Positions 29,634-39,870 of a DNA stretch of 64,000 nucleotides are shown piece after piece. A program made the translations under genes and the position numbers. Location: assembly GCA_040220235.1 (NCBI GenBank), contig JAVJTO010000051.1; one strand, given 5' to 3'. Below the pieces are notes generated by a model that worked only from the letters and a program-made list of their open reading frames with translations, ran no database searches and was not told the DNA's origin. Position 1 is the first letter of the stretch. Every line of letters begins with the position of its first letter. The DNA is from Coleofasciculus sp. B1-GNL1-01 (lineage in GTDB: Bacteria; Cyanobacteriota; Cyanobacteriia; Cyanobacteriales; Coleofasciculaceae).

Positions 29634-29728
29634 TAGTAAATGTTGTCAGGGCGTGTAGGGGCGAAGCATTGGTGCCACCATCTTTATCCGAATCCGAATA
29701 ATTTTGGGTTTTAATCATCAATTGAATC

Positions 29729-29792
29729 AGGGCGGGTTTCGTTGTTCAGTTATCAGTCACCCCCTTAATTAAGTCCCTAAACCCGCCCCTAC
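29729..29792. repeat. REP-like palindrome between cmx8 and cas7
   Basis: agggcgggttt...aaacccgcccct. Confidence 0.75.
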
Positions 29793-29846
29793 AGCCCAGA
29801 TCTCAACCCCAAAGTAATCAATTATCAACCATTTGGAGAACAAATC

Positions 29847-30767
29847 ATGACCTTTCATTTATTTGGCAATATCTTAACTAGCTACGGCACCGCCGCCAAT
29901 AACCGTGGCGAAAATGAAGGCAATATTACCACCCTGCAAAAACTCCTCTGGAAAGGAGAGGTTCACACCACCGTATCCGCTGAAGCCATCCGCTGGGCGC
30001 TACGATACTATTGGCAAACTGCTGGGGGTGACTATGCGGTAAATCGCTGTTGGGATGATCAGAAAAATGATAATGTTTTACAGGGGAGTTTTGATGAAAC
30101 CACCTACATTGATGATGATGTCCTCGGTTACATGAAAGCGGAAGGGGCGAAACAAGAATTTAGTGACGAAGAGAAAAAAGGGAAAGGGAAGAAAGCCAAA
30201 GGGACTAATTTAGCAAGGCGGGGAGTCTTAGAAGTCACTCGCGCTGTTTCCACGATTCCTTATGCGGGAGATATTACCTTTAATTCCGCCAGTGGACAAA
30301 AGGGGAGAACCTCTCTTTATGGCACAGAAGTTCACGCCACGCGCTATCAATATGGGTTCGCTTTAACCCCTAATCGATTGAAAGAGACATCTCGGATCAT
30401 TCCAGTGTTAGACGGGTTAGTATCCCTAGGAGAAGTCGCCGGAAACCACGCCCGTTTTCTCTATGATTTTTCGCCAGAAAGTTTAGTCTTGCGGTGGACA
30501 CAGGATTTCTCGCCTCGGATTCTCTATTGTTTCCAGGAAAATGAAGATGGGGAGATATCTTTGCCCAGTTTAATCCATCGTGTGGAAGTGGGAGACATTG
30601 AAGCAACGGAACTTTGGGTAGCCGGTGCAATTGCCAAAACCCCAGAGGGCGATCGCTTGGAGGAATTAGGTGCTAATGTGCTAGCGGGGACAAAAGTAGC
30701 ACTTTCGACGCTAAAACAACGGATTGCTGATGATTTACAGTTACCGCAATTGGAGGGAGTATCATGA
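29847..30767 (+). CDS. cas7: Cas7 (Cst2/DevR)
   Basis: ANNRGENEGN, VSAEAIRWALR, DDDVLGYM, EVHATRYQY, GNHARFLYDFSP. Confidence 0.96.
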   Translation: MTFHLFGNILTSYGTAANNRGENEGNITTLQKLLWKGEVHTTVSAEAIRWALRYYWQTAGGDYAVNRCWDDQKNDNVLQGSFDETTYIDDDVLGYMKAEGAKQEFSDEEKKGKGKKAKGTNLARRGVLEVTRAVSTIPYAGDITFNSASGQKGRTSLYGTEVHATRYQYGFALTPNRLKETSRIIPVLDGLVSLGEVAGNHARFLYDFSPESLVLRWTQDFSPRILYCFQENEDGEISLPSLIHRVEVGDIEATELWVAGAIAKTPEGDRLEELGANVLAGTKVALSTLKQRIADDLQLPQLEGVS

Positions 30768-31396
30768 TTACCGCCCTCAAAGTTGAGGTTCCCATCGCCT
30801 GTTTCCGTGTCTCCCGCGCCAGGGAATATGCCCAAACTTATCCGGTTCCGCCTCCAGCTACGGTTTATGGTATGCTTTTATCCATGGTGGGAGAAATGGA
30901 TCGATATCGGTATTGTGGGACTAAGTTAGCGATCGCACTATTAAATGAGCCGGAAAAATCCACCATCCTCCGCACCTTTCGCCGATTCAAAAAGAAGCAA
31001 ATCTTTGATCCCACGAATGCCCGTCCTGATTATCAAGAGTTACTCAGTGATATTCAGTTTATCGTCTGGGTAGCCTCTGGAAACGACAACGCCCAACCAA
31101 CATTATGCCAACGATTAACCGAGGCGATCGCGAATCCAGAAACGGTGGATCGATTTGGTGGGTTAAGTTTGGGTGAAAGTCGGGATTTAGTCAATGCGAT
31201 TAATTTGTTACCGGAAGACTATCGGGGTGAATCCCTACGCTGGTTAGTGCAGCAGGAGGATGGTTTGTTAACATTACCCTATTGGGTGGATCACGTTGGT
31301 TCAAAAGGAACCCGTTGGCAACGATTTCAGTTACTTCCTCCCCGTGAATGGTGTCAACCGCCGGATAATGCGTGGATAGAGATTCGGGTGGAGTAA
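30764..31396 (+). CDS. cas5: Cas5 (Cmx5/DevS)
   Basis: VPIACFR, TYPVPPPATVYGMLLS, LSLGES, LPYWVDHVGS. Confidence 0.96.
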   Translation: MITALKVEVPIACFRVSRAREYAQTYPVPPPATVYGMLLSMVGEMDRYRYCGTKLAIALLNEPEKSTILRTFRRFKKKQIFDPTNARPDYQELLSDIQFIVWVASGNDNAQPTLCQRLTEAIANPETVDRFGGLSLGESRDLVNAINLLPEDYRGESLRWLVQQEDGLLTLPYWVDHVGSKGTRWQRFQLLPPREWCQPPDNAWIEIRVE

Positions 31397-31399
31397 TTT

Positions 31400-31661
31400 G
31401 CAAGCATCTGTGTCTGTTGAGGGTTTGAAGGCTGGGGAATAGGGTGCAAATCCAGACAGGGCTTGGGTTTGCGGCTAGTTCAAGGGTGGGGGAGATGCTT
31501 GCAAAATGCTGGAATTCCTCTCAGGGTAAGGGTTATAGCGTTTTGGGTTTTGGCAAAATTAGCCAAATTTGAGTCAATTTTGGCGTGAGGAGAGTTGGAT
31601 TAGGGAGATGCTTGCAAAACCGATTGGCAGCCATTATGATTTAAGGGTTCGCGCGATCGCG
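31400..31661 (+). promoter_or_regulatory. CRISPR leader 2
   Basis: Ungapped homolog of leader 1 starting 3 nt after the cas5 stop. Confidence 0.9.
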
Positions 31662-31981
31662 GTGCTATTACCTTTGATGCCGTTAGGCGTTGAGCACAGG
31701 ATATTTTGGCTGATTTATAGCATTTTTGTCTAAGGTGCTATTACCTTTGATGCCGTTAGGCGTTGAGCACGATAAGTACTTTTGTAAGTATCCTCGCTTT
31801 AATTGTGCTATTACCTTTGATGCCGTTAGGCGTTGAGCACATCAATCAGCATGAAGAAAGCAGCCAGCAACTTAATGTGCTATTACCTTTGATGCCGTTA
31901 GGCGTTGAGCACCGTTGTCCAGTGGTACTTGAATCAGTTTCCTGAGTGCTATTACCTTTGATGCCGTTAGGCGTTGAGCAC
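31662..31981 (+). CRISPR. CRISPR array 2: 5 identical repeats, 4 spacers (33-37 bp)
   Basis: Repeat GTGCTATTACCTTTGATGCCGTTAGGCGTTGAGCAC (loop GTTA versus GTAA in array 1). Confidence 0.99.
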
Positions 31982-32000
31982 ACTATCCTCCTTAATATTC

Positions 32001-32080
32001 GTAGGGGCGCACCGACGTGCGCCCTTTTCCCGACGTGCGCCCTTTTCCCGACGTGCGCCCTTTTCCCGACGTGCGCCCTT
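32001..32080. repeat. REP palindrome with tandem 19-bp expansion (ccgacgtgcgcccttttc-type x4)
   Basis: gtaggggcgcaccgacgtgcgccc family, also at 212-235 and 51891-51915. Confidence 0.85.
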
Positions 32081-32091
32081 ACTTATTCACC

Positions 32092-32658
32092 TCAATTTTC
32101 CATAATCCTCCATTCTCTTTCCTTAAGTTCTGCTAATTTCTCCAACAAACTTTCAGCTAAATCAAATAACTTAAACTCATCCTCTTCATCACCCGAATCG
32201 CGGGTCATCTCTCCAACCGCAACCCCACCTGCCAAAATCGCGATCGCTTCATGCAGCCTATCCGATTCATCAGCAATACTCAAACACTCTTCCAACTGGG
32301 CAATAATTTGAGCTAATCCCTCAGTTTCCATTTGCTGCTGCACTCGCATCGCTAAGGGATGATCACTGTCTCGCGCCCAAACTGCGGCGGGATAATCACT
32401 CGCCAAAAAAGCACCGATAAATTCGACAATTGAGGTATCAATAAATGTCTGATCTGATGTTAAGGTGACAGAACTCTCTATCGTTGTTTCATCATCATCC
32501 CATCTGTCTAACCAATCTCCCTCGATATCCTCAATATATAAATTCACAAAATCAAGTCCATGAGTCAGCCAATCCTGCTGCATTTTCCGGGATTTTTCCA
32601 GCGCTTCAGAAAAAGCGCCTAAGTCATCATGACTGTAATTTTGTTGTTTGGTGACCAT
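32092..32658 (-). CDS. Acidic hypothetical protein
   Basis: 188-aa ORF, co-oriented with the upstream 230-aa ORF. Confidence 0.7.
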   Translation of the reverse strand: MVTKQQNYSHDDLGAFSEALEKSRKMQQDWLTHGLDFVNLYIEDIEGDWLDRWDDDETTIESSVTLTSDQTFIDTSIVEFIGAFLASDYPAAVWARDSDHPLAMRVQQQMETEGLAQIIAQLEECLSIADESDRLHEAIAILAGGVAVGEMTRDSGDEEDEFKLFDLAESLLEKLAELKEREWRIMEN

Positions 32659-32720
32659 AAGTTAGATAGGAAATTCCGTTTGTGCTAAAAAAATTCGGTC
32701 GTCAGAACCAATTTGCCCCG

Positions 32721-33413
32721 TTAGGGAAATTGGAGATAACGTCCCAGGGGAAGAAAGTCACTGTTATGAAGTGTTATTGTTACTAACTGCTCCAAAAAAT
32801 CGGGTTTTCCAGGGTTATAACTTAGGAAAAGCCCTCTATCGATTACCCACATTTGTAGCGTATTTTGCCAATTTTCATATTTTTTTTGAGAATAGTTATT
32901 ACTCACGCTAGTCACCTGAAGGCAAAGTGGTTTTCTTTGACGATAACTAACAATCAAATCGGTTGCCATAGAAAAATCGGCGATATAGCATCGCCAAACT
33001 GTACCCCCTCGACTCTCTATAGTTTGAACTATAGATTTAAGAATATCATCGTCTGCTGGACTGAACTCACTTGACATCAACTTTTGTTTCCAAATGTAAA
33101 ACTTTGGATCACTGCTATTTAGCCATTGGGGAAAAAGATAACCATACCAATATTGTTCCGTGGGTGTCATTTGCTCAAAGGCAGACTTCTGCAATTCTGG
33201 AGAGGATAAGCCTTTAAGCTTAAGCCAAACGTCAGCATCTCGAATCACCTCTAACAAAAACGCCATGACAAATTTTTTGGCAGTAAGTGAACCTGGTTTT
33301 ATGTCTTTCACCCAGCGGTTGATCTCATCTAACCGTTTTGCTAAACAGGGTTCTATTGATGATGCCTCTTTCATTAGGGATTTGAGTTGAGCCTTGATTT
33401 CTAGGGAATGCAC
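32721..33413 (-). CDS. Hypothetical protein, possible PD-(D/E)xK-like C-terminal domain
   Basis: 230-aa ORF; ATDLIV...LCLQVT is only suggestive. Confidence 0.65.
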   Translation of the reverse strand: MHSLEIKAQLKSLMKEASSIEPCLAKRLDEINRWVKDIKPGSLTAKKFVMAFLLEVIRDADVWLKLKGLSSPELQKSAFEQMTPTEQYWYGYLFPQWLNSSDPKFYIWKQKLMSSEFSPADDDILKSIVQTIESRGGTVWRCYIADFSMATDLIVSYRQRKPLCLQVTSVSNNYSQKKYENWQNTLQMWVIDRGLFLSYNPGKPDFLEQLVTITLHNSDFLPLGRYLQFP

Positions 33414-33699
33414 ATGATTGCTCTATTTGTTGATAACGGGATGATGGTTGAATTTATTATATCTTACTTCGTCCCAAGTCTCTACTTGATTCGCCATTGA
33501 TTAAATTAACATAAAGAAACGCTGAGTTGTGCAAAAATTGGACTTATCAGGATGGGGTGATTTAGTTAATCAACTTTGTAATTGATTTAAAGGGTGTGAT
33601 GCAAGCGTTGATGGCGCTAAAGCGCAACTACGAACGATCATTTCTGTTGCTTATTCAGATTGCTGGGACTGTAGCCAATTAAGTAAGACTTGAGTGCTA

Positions 33700-33930
33700 C
33701 TAAAATAATGTTTGATCTCGCCGTACTTGACTAATTTGTAAATTTAACTCATTTTCAAAACGTCTGCGATACTTTAGCTCATTTTCCAAGGCTGATAATG
33801 CTTCCATCACGCAAATACTTGGCAGGGCGAATTGTACCGATGGTAAGGTACTCTCTAACAGAGTATTGGCTTGCGGATCACGCCCAGTACAAATACTCAT
33901 CAAAAAATTAGTCTCCAAGTAAAGTATCAC
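33700..33930 (-). pseudogene. Truncated PIN-domain protein
   Basis: VILYLETNFLM...LPSICVMEAL N-terminal PIN motifs; stops after about 76 aa. Confidence 0.6.
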
Positions 33931-34390
33931 CCGCAATCTCCACGTCACTTTTGGTGCTTCCATCTTCTAGCTGCTGCAACAAACCAATAGCCGCTAACTC
34001 CTTAGTTGCTGGCGGTGTGACGGACTTCCAGTGATAGGCTAAGTCTCGCAGCCAAGACTCAATTAATGCTTCTAGATAATCTCCATCAATGGTTTGATTG
34101 TCACAGCTTGGATCATAGTAGTTTACTATATTTGTTGTTTTTAGGGAACAGATAGCCTCAGACCAATTGACGCCATCCCATTGAACAATTTGAATCGTTT
34201 CGGGGTCAACTAGCATCGCGAATGGAACCACGGTTTGTGTGGCTTTTAGGTAGGAGGTAAATTGAGAGAGGGTAAGCTTAACCACACGGCTACCTCTGAC
34301 ATCAGCAACTAGAATAACTCGTCCCTGTTTGTCTAAGGCAATTACATCAGCGGAGATTTGATGACGGAATATCGGATTGGCGGTTTCCAT
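33908..34390 (-). CDS. Hypothetical protein, restriction-endonuclease-like fold
   Basis: ADVIALDKQGRVILVADVRG; WLRDLAYHWKS; overlaps the PIN start. Confidence 0.65.
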   Translation of the reverse strand: METANPIFRHQISADVIALDKQGRVILVADVRGSRVVKLTLSQFTSYLKATQTVVPFAMLVDPETIQIVQWDGVNWSEAICSLKTTNIVNYYDPSCDNQTIDGDYLEALIESWLRDLAYHWKSVTPPATKELAAIGLLQQLEDGSTKSDVEIAGDTLLGD

Positions 34391-34416
34391 AGGGTTGATG
34401 GGTGATGGGTGATTGG

Positions 34417-35013
34417 TTATAGTTTAACAACAATGGGTTGACAATCTAATCCTTTGGCTGCTGTTGATTTTTCTTCACACTCAATCGGATTCGGCTGAAA
34501 TAACAGTTTCAAATTAGTCGTATCTTCAGGAACTTCAAACACAAGCTGTCCCTCTCGTTGATCGCCGGGACTAATTTCACCTGTCGGTGTTTCAATATCA
34601 TCTAATGCACTGGCTAAAAGCGCCACTTCGTAGGTGTTATTGTTGCTATCAATGATTTCAAAGGAAACGACGGAAAAGGTTTGTGATTGTTGTCCTTGAT
34701 TAACAATTGTTGTATCGACTACCACCCACTGATTTCCTTTATTGGGTTGAATCACACCTTTTCCGGGATGCACCCTAGTGCTGTTAACGGTAAATTGGAG
34801 ATTGAGATTGTTTTGACTGATGGAAATGACTTCACCTACCGAATGGGTTGGTGCTGAAATGGGCTTGGTTGCAGGAGATTCAGTCGTTTCCTCAGACGTG
34901 CGATCGCGGCTTTCAATCGTCTCAGGATTTTCTTCTGACGGAGAACATCCGAGGGCGATGGTGAGGAAGGTAATCGACGCGATCGCACCGATTCTTTTTA
35001 GCGTTTTATACAT
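34417..35013 (-). CDS. DUF4352-like lipoprotein
   Basis: Lipobox IALGC; GEISPGDQREGQLVFEVP. Confidence 0.8.
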   Translation of the reverse strand: MYKTLKRIGAIASITFLTIALGCSPSEENPETIESRDRTSEETTESPATKPISAPTHSVGEVISISQNNLNLQFTVNSTRVHPGKGVIQPNKGNQWVVVDTTIVNQGQQSQTFSVVSFEIIDSNNNTYEVALLASALDDIETPTGEISPGDQREGQLVFEVPEDTTNLKLLFQPNPIECEEKSTAAKGLDCQPIVVKL

Positions 35014-35200
35014 ACTTATTCATCTTTGTCAATATGAGCAAGAAGAAGAAACTGGTAGAAGGCAGGAGGTAAAAGTTATACCTTATTGTAGGGGCAGGTT
35101 TAGCCGTTTAATTGATGGGTATACCGATAACTTATCAACAAAACCCGCCCTCTTGTCGTTTCGATTTGAGACAAATGACAAATGACAAATGACGAATCTC

Positions 35201-37048
35201 CTAACTTCCCAACATCTGCAACTTATATAAAGCCGCATACAAACCATTCTGTTGCAACAGGTGTTCATGAGAACCAGATTCTACCAACTCACCCCGTTTA
35301 AGCACCAAAATTCGGTTTACATTGCGAATGGTTGAAAGACGGTGGGCGATAATAATTGCCGTGCGTTTTTCCAATAAATGATCAAGGGCTTGTTGAATTA
35401 ACGCTTCGGTTCCCACATCTAAACTCGCCGTCGCTTCATCTAACACCAAAATTTGCGGATCACGAATCGCCGCCCGGGCAAATGCCAATAACTGCTTTTG
35501 ACCCCCAGAAAGGTTGGTTCCCCTCTCCCGGAGTTGGGTATCATAGCCTTGAGGAAGTTGTTCAATAAATTGATCAACATTTGTGGATTCCGCCGCCGCT
35601 TTCACTTGTTCAATCGAGTAGTCTTCGCCCAAGGTAATATTACTTTTAACATCCCCAGCAAACAAAAATCCCTCTTGCAGAATAACCGCCATCTGACGCC
35701 GTAATTCAGCTTGTGGCAAATCTCGAATATCAATTCCATCCACTAAGATTCGTCCCTTTGTGGGTTCATAGAGGCGACACAACAAGCGAATAATCGAACT
35801 CTTTCCCGCACCTGTGGGACCCACTAACGCCACTTTTTCTCCAGGGCGAATGGTAAAATCTAAGTCCTTGAGAACATAGTCATCTTCTTTATAGGCAAAC
35901 CAGACATCTTCAAAGCGAATTTCACCTCTATGCGCTGTTATTTCTCCCTTACCATTGGTTCTCGATTGTTCTGAAACTAACGCCGCCTGGGATAACTCTG
36001 GATCACGAATTTCAATCGGCTCATGCATAATATCACTCACCCGTTCAAGTGCCGTGAATCCAGCTTGGAACATGGTAAACTTGTCAGCAAACTGACGCAG
36101 CGGATTAAACAAACGCTGGGCGTAGAGAATAAAGGCAGATAAGACCCCAAAACTGAGATTATCTTGCAGAATTAACCAACCACCTAACCATAATACAGCC
36201 GCGATCGCCACTAAAGAAATCCACTCTAATGTGGCGGATACAGCAGAATCGTGAAAGATGGTTTTATCGACTTCCGCCACATAGCGCTGGTTCACCTCCC
36301 GAAACATTTCAGCATTCACTTGTTCCCGGCGAAATAGTTGAACAATATTAATTCCAGCGATATTTTCTTGCAGCATTGAGTTGAGTGTGGAGAGTTCTTC
36401 TCTGGCTATATAATTCGCTTTTCGATATTGTCGCTGAAAGTAGATGATCAGTCCGGTAACTGGAAATAGCATTAAGATCAGAATTAACGCCAATTGCCAT
36501 TGTAGGGAAAACATAAAAATGGCAATAACCAGCATTGTGAAAATATCATTGAGAATGCCAATGGCACCACTGGAAAAGACTAATCCTAATGCTTCTACAT
36601 CGCTGGTGATCCGGGTAATCAGTTTTCCCACCGGGGTTCGGTCAAAAAATCGCACCGCCAGGGAGGTAATATGGTCGAACAAATCATTGCGAATCCCGGC
36701 GGTAATTTGCTGACCTAAGTTTTCTTCCAGGAATTTCTGAAAAATGCTACAGGATAATCGGATAATGATACTCAGTAACAACAGAGTTGCCAGAATATTA
36801 ATGCCTTCTGATAAAGAACGATTATCCAGAAACCACCAGGTTTCTTCTTGACGAATCAAGGAAACCGCTTGCCCAATAATTAAGGGTTGAATAGCGCCTA
36901 GAATGGATACGGGAACGAGTAAAATAATCGCTGTAATCAGTAGGCGCTTTTTAGTCAGCGCGTAAGGAACCAATCTCCGGAAAAGTCGCCAATCGGTTTC
37001 CCCGCGTCGGTTAGTACGTCTAGATGTTGGTGATGATGCCTTAGTCAT
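35201..37048 (-). CDS. ABC transporter, fused permease/ATP-binding
   Basis: TM domain, GPTGAGKS, LSGGQKQ, LVLDEAT, IAHRLST. Confidence 0.96.
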   Translation of the reverse strand: MTKASSPTSRRTNRRGETDWRLFRRLVPYALTKKRLLITAIILLVPVSILGAIQPLIIGQAVSLIRQEETWWFLDNRSLSEGINILATLLLLSIIIRLSCSIFQKFLEENLGQQITAGIRNDLFDHITSLAVRFFDRTPVGKLITRITSDVEALGLVFSSGAIGILNDIFTMLVIAIFMFSLQWQLALILILMLFPVTGLIIYFQRQYRKANYIAREELSTLNSMLQENIAGINIVQLFRREQVNAEMFREVNQRYVAEVDKTIFHDSAVSATLEWISLVAIAAVLWLGGWLILQDNLSFGVLSAFILYAQRLFNPLRQFADKFTMFQAGFTALERVSDIMHEPIEIRDPELSQAALVSEQSRTNGKGEITAHRGEIRFEDVWFAYKEDDYVLKDLDFTIRPGEKVALVGPTGAGKSSIIRLLCRLYEPTKGRILVDGIDIRDLPQAELRRQMAVILQEGFLFAGDVKSNITLGEDYSIEQVKAAAESTNVDQFIEQLPQGYDTQLRERGTNLSGGQKQLLAFARAAIRDPQILVLDEATASLDVGTEALIQQALDHLLEKRTAIIIAHRLSTIRNVNRILVLKRGELVESGSHEHLLQQNGLYAALYKLQMLGS

Positions 37049-37677
37049 AGTAAACCCTGGTTTGTAAAAGTCATACAGTCATACATTTGTACATTCATAC
37101 ATTCGTAGGGGCGAAACCTTCGCACCCCTATTTTTCAGTTCTACCGCTCAATTTTCGCCGCCAATGCTTCGCCCAGTAAAATTATAAAGTTTCGTCGCCA
37201 ATACTTTTTCCATGATAGGATTCTGTCTCTACAATTGGAAATCGTTCTCCCGATAGATACGCCGGAAAAGGCGGCTGAAAATACGTCCAATATATCATTC
37301 TAAATTAAACTATTCAGATAACTTCATACTCATTCCTGATAAAGGATTGACAAAACCCGAACATTGACAGTCAGAGGATTGTTAACTGTTCAAGGTGTGG
37401 GTACCGGGAACCGTCTTCTAGCATACAGGTTAACCTATCTGGGCAGATTCTGGAGGAGTTCGTCGTGGCGCTGTCTTCGCCTTAAAGTCAGACACTGACT
37501 ACAAACGCTGAAGTCAGCAACATTCTCGGTAGGTGTGTCAACCCGCCTCGACAAGCGCCGGATGTATTTCTTTCCAAGATAACGGATCGAGATACACCCG
37601 TACAGTGGAGTCAATTTAGCAATTTAGAGGTAAAATTGAGATGGAATTATCCAGTATTAGAAGCAGGAGAAACAAGA

Positions 37678-37998
37678 ATGGCTCAATCAAAATCCAATCC
37701 TACAGTACATCGTCGAGGCAGAGTATTTTCTGAGATTCAATGGTCTCCGGAAAAAATAGCCCATTGGAAATCGGAAAAGGAAGAATTGTATCAGCGTTGT
37801 CAATTAATTTTTGACCGATTAAAGCCGGAACTATTTAGTAAGTATAACAATGGGTATGTCGTGATTGAGCCAAATAGTGAAACCTATATTATAGACTTCA
37901 ATGAGATTACACTCCTGCAAAAGGTGCTTCAAACTTATCCTCACACCCAAACCTTTATGTTTAAGGTGAATAAAACTGGAGTATTCGGCACAATATGA
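37678..37998 (+). CDS. Small hypothetical protein coupled to aspartyl protease
   Basis: SD GGAG, RRGRVF...VVIEPNSETY...GVFGTI; ATGA overlap with the next gene. Confidence 0.75.
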   Translation: MAQSKSNPTVHRRGRVFSEIQWSPEKIAHWKSEKEELYQRCQLIFDRLKPELFSKYNNGYVVIEPNSETYIIDFNEITLLQKVLQTYPHTQTFMFKVNKTGVFGTI

Positions 37999-38366
37999 TT
38001 GAGGGGAAATTTGGAGATAATGAGGAGTTGATTTTTCAAATCGAGATCATTGCGGCTGAAGGATTAGAATTCGAGATCGATGCTATTTTAGACACAGGCT
38101 TTTCCGAGTGGCTGGCAATTGATAAGCAGGATGTAGATGAGCTAGGTTGGCTTTATGTTACAAACCAGTCAATGCAGACAGCACGCAGCTTTGATAAGTT
38201 TGACATCTATTTAGGGAAAGTTCGCATAGACAAACAAGAGTTTGATATTCCTGTTCATGCAGCTATCGGAGTTACGGATATTTTGCTGGGTCGTAAGTGG
38301 TTAAGAAATCGGCAGTTATTAGTGGATATGGCTTCAGGAGTGTTGACTTTGGGAGAAAATCAATGA
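37995..38366 (+). CDS. Clan AA (retropepsin-like) aspartyl protease
   Basis: AILDTGF, ILLGRKWL. Confidence 0.88.
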   Translation: MIEGKFGDNEELIFQIEIIAAEGLEFEIDAILDTGFSEWLAIDKQDVDELGWLYVTNQSMQTARSFDKFDIYLGKVRIDKQEFDIPVHAAIGVTDILLGRKWLRNRQLLVDMASGVLTLGENQ

Positions 38367-38417
38367 TTATCCTCACAACTTATGCTGACGAACTCAAACA
38401 AATTTTCTTCAGTCTGA

Positions 38418-39284
38418 TTACTCATGAATTCTGCCATCGGGTAAAATAGCGCCTGATAAAATAGCCCCTGTTAATTTTACTAACAATCGGTCGCCTGTCC
38501 CCACTTTAGCGCCGCGTAAATCTGCACCACTTAAATCCGCACCACTCAAATCCGCACCAATTAAATTCGCATCCCGTAAATTTGCCTGAACTAAACAGGC
38601 TTGAAATAAGTTAGCGCGAAACAAATTTGCTCCTTCTAAATTCGCACCTGTGAGATTCACATTATGTAAAAATGCGTCCGTCAGGTTAGCTTGACTGAGA
38701 TTGGCATTACTAAGATTACGTCCAGATAAGTCTTTTTCTTTCAGATCAACCCCCTGAAAATTACTACCACTGAGATCAGGCTGCGATCGCGGGCGCTGGG
38801 ATTGCGATCGCGTTCTGGGTTGGTAGTAGTTCCTGGATGAGGAGGGCGGTTGCTTCGGTTCTCTGGGTTGGTAGTAGTTCCTAGATGAGGAGGGCGGTTG
38901 CTTCGGTTCTCTGGGTTGGTAGTAGTTCCTGGATGAGGAGGGCGGTTGCTTCGGTTCTCTGGATTGGTAGTAACGCCGTGATTGAGTGGGTTCTCGTCGG
39001 GGCGATTTAGCACGGTAATAATAAGTATTAGACGCCGATTTGCGCGGCGGTGAGGATGGGGGTTTGGGGGTTTTGGGTTTTTGCGATCGCAGTTCGTCTC
39101 GCGCTTGGTTAATTTCCTTGAGTTTGGCTTCAGCTTTCTGGCGCAAGCGCTGATTGTCCTCGGGGACGCGATCCGGGTGCCAAATAAATGCCAAGTCTTT
39201 ATAGGCTTGGTTCACGTCTTCTAGGGAAGCTCCGGGTTCTAGTCCCAGTATTCTGTAGTAGTGGTCTAAGTTGTTAGATGACAT
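38418..39284 (-). CDS. DnaJ-domain pentapeptide repeat protein
   Basis: J domain with HPD, C-terminal A(D/N)Lxx pentapeptides. Confidence 0.92.
   Translation of the reverse strand: MSSNNLDHYYRILGLEPGASLEDVNQAYKDLAFIWHPDRVPEDNQRLRQKAEAKLKEINQARDELRSQKPKTPKPPSSPPRKSASNTYYYRAKSPRREPTQSRRYYQSREPKQPPSSSRNYYQPREPKQPPSSSRNYYQPREPKQPPSSSRNYYQPRTRSQSQRPRSQPDLSGSNFQGVDLKEKDLSGRNLSNANLSQANLTDAFLHNVNLTGANLEGANLFRANLFQACLVQANLRDANLIGADLSGADLSGADLRGAKVGTGDRLLVKLTGAILSGAILPDGRIHE
38813..38972. repeat. 48-bp coding tandem repeat x3 (REPKQPPSSSRNYYQP)
   Basis: Near-identical units starting at 38821, 38869, 38917. Confidence 0.92.
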
Positions 39285-39870
39285 TGCCGTTTAGCACCTG
39301 TTGAGCCGTTAGCACAAGGTTGGGGAATCAATCAGAGTGAATGCGATCGCTCCTCTTATATTCTGTCGGGTCATACCAACCTTCGACCAAGGTGAGGCGC
39401 GTGACTTTGGGAGCATGTCACCTTTGTAGGTTGGGTTGAGGAACGTAGGCTCTCGCCTTCTCGTACTCCGGAGGAGAACCCGAAGGGTAGAGTAACCCAA
39501 CGAGAGCAGACTAACTTGGACATGGCAGGTTAGGAGCTTGGTGGATAGTTCTAGTGTATGGGGTTATTGCCCAAATCTTCACGACCGATGAGTTGAACAT
39601 AAACCTCCATGGTATTACCGTAAGGGAGTTCAGAGTCACCAACGATAATAGAAGCGTTTCCAGGTTTATCAGTCTTGCCCTCCCGACATTCTGCCTTTTC
39701 CTATCGTTTAAGGGACTAACCAATTCTTAAGTTGTAAGTTTTGGATATTGACAAAGTGTCCACACAGGCTAATTCGGGGATAGTTAGCTTCAATGAGAAT
39801 AAGTGGTCAGATTTTTTGCTCCTTTTTCCCTGAACTCACTACAATAAATACATGATGTAGGAGTGAAGAC

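Noticed and set aside
24737..31981. Type I-B CAST interpretation of the cas locus
   Set aside because: Intact cas3 and adaptation genes, no tniQ/tnsABC adjacent; the tnsB remnant belongs to the separate tRNA-Ala island
38813..38972. 48-bp repeats as a CRISPR-like array
   Set aside because: No spacers; in-frame coding tandem repeat
39309..39723. Two short minus-strand ORFs upstream of the DnaJ gene
   Set aside because: Overlap REP-like palindromes and have no protein features
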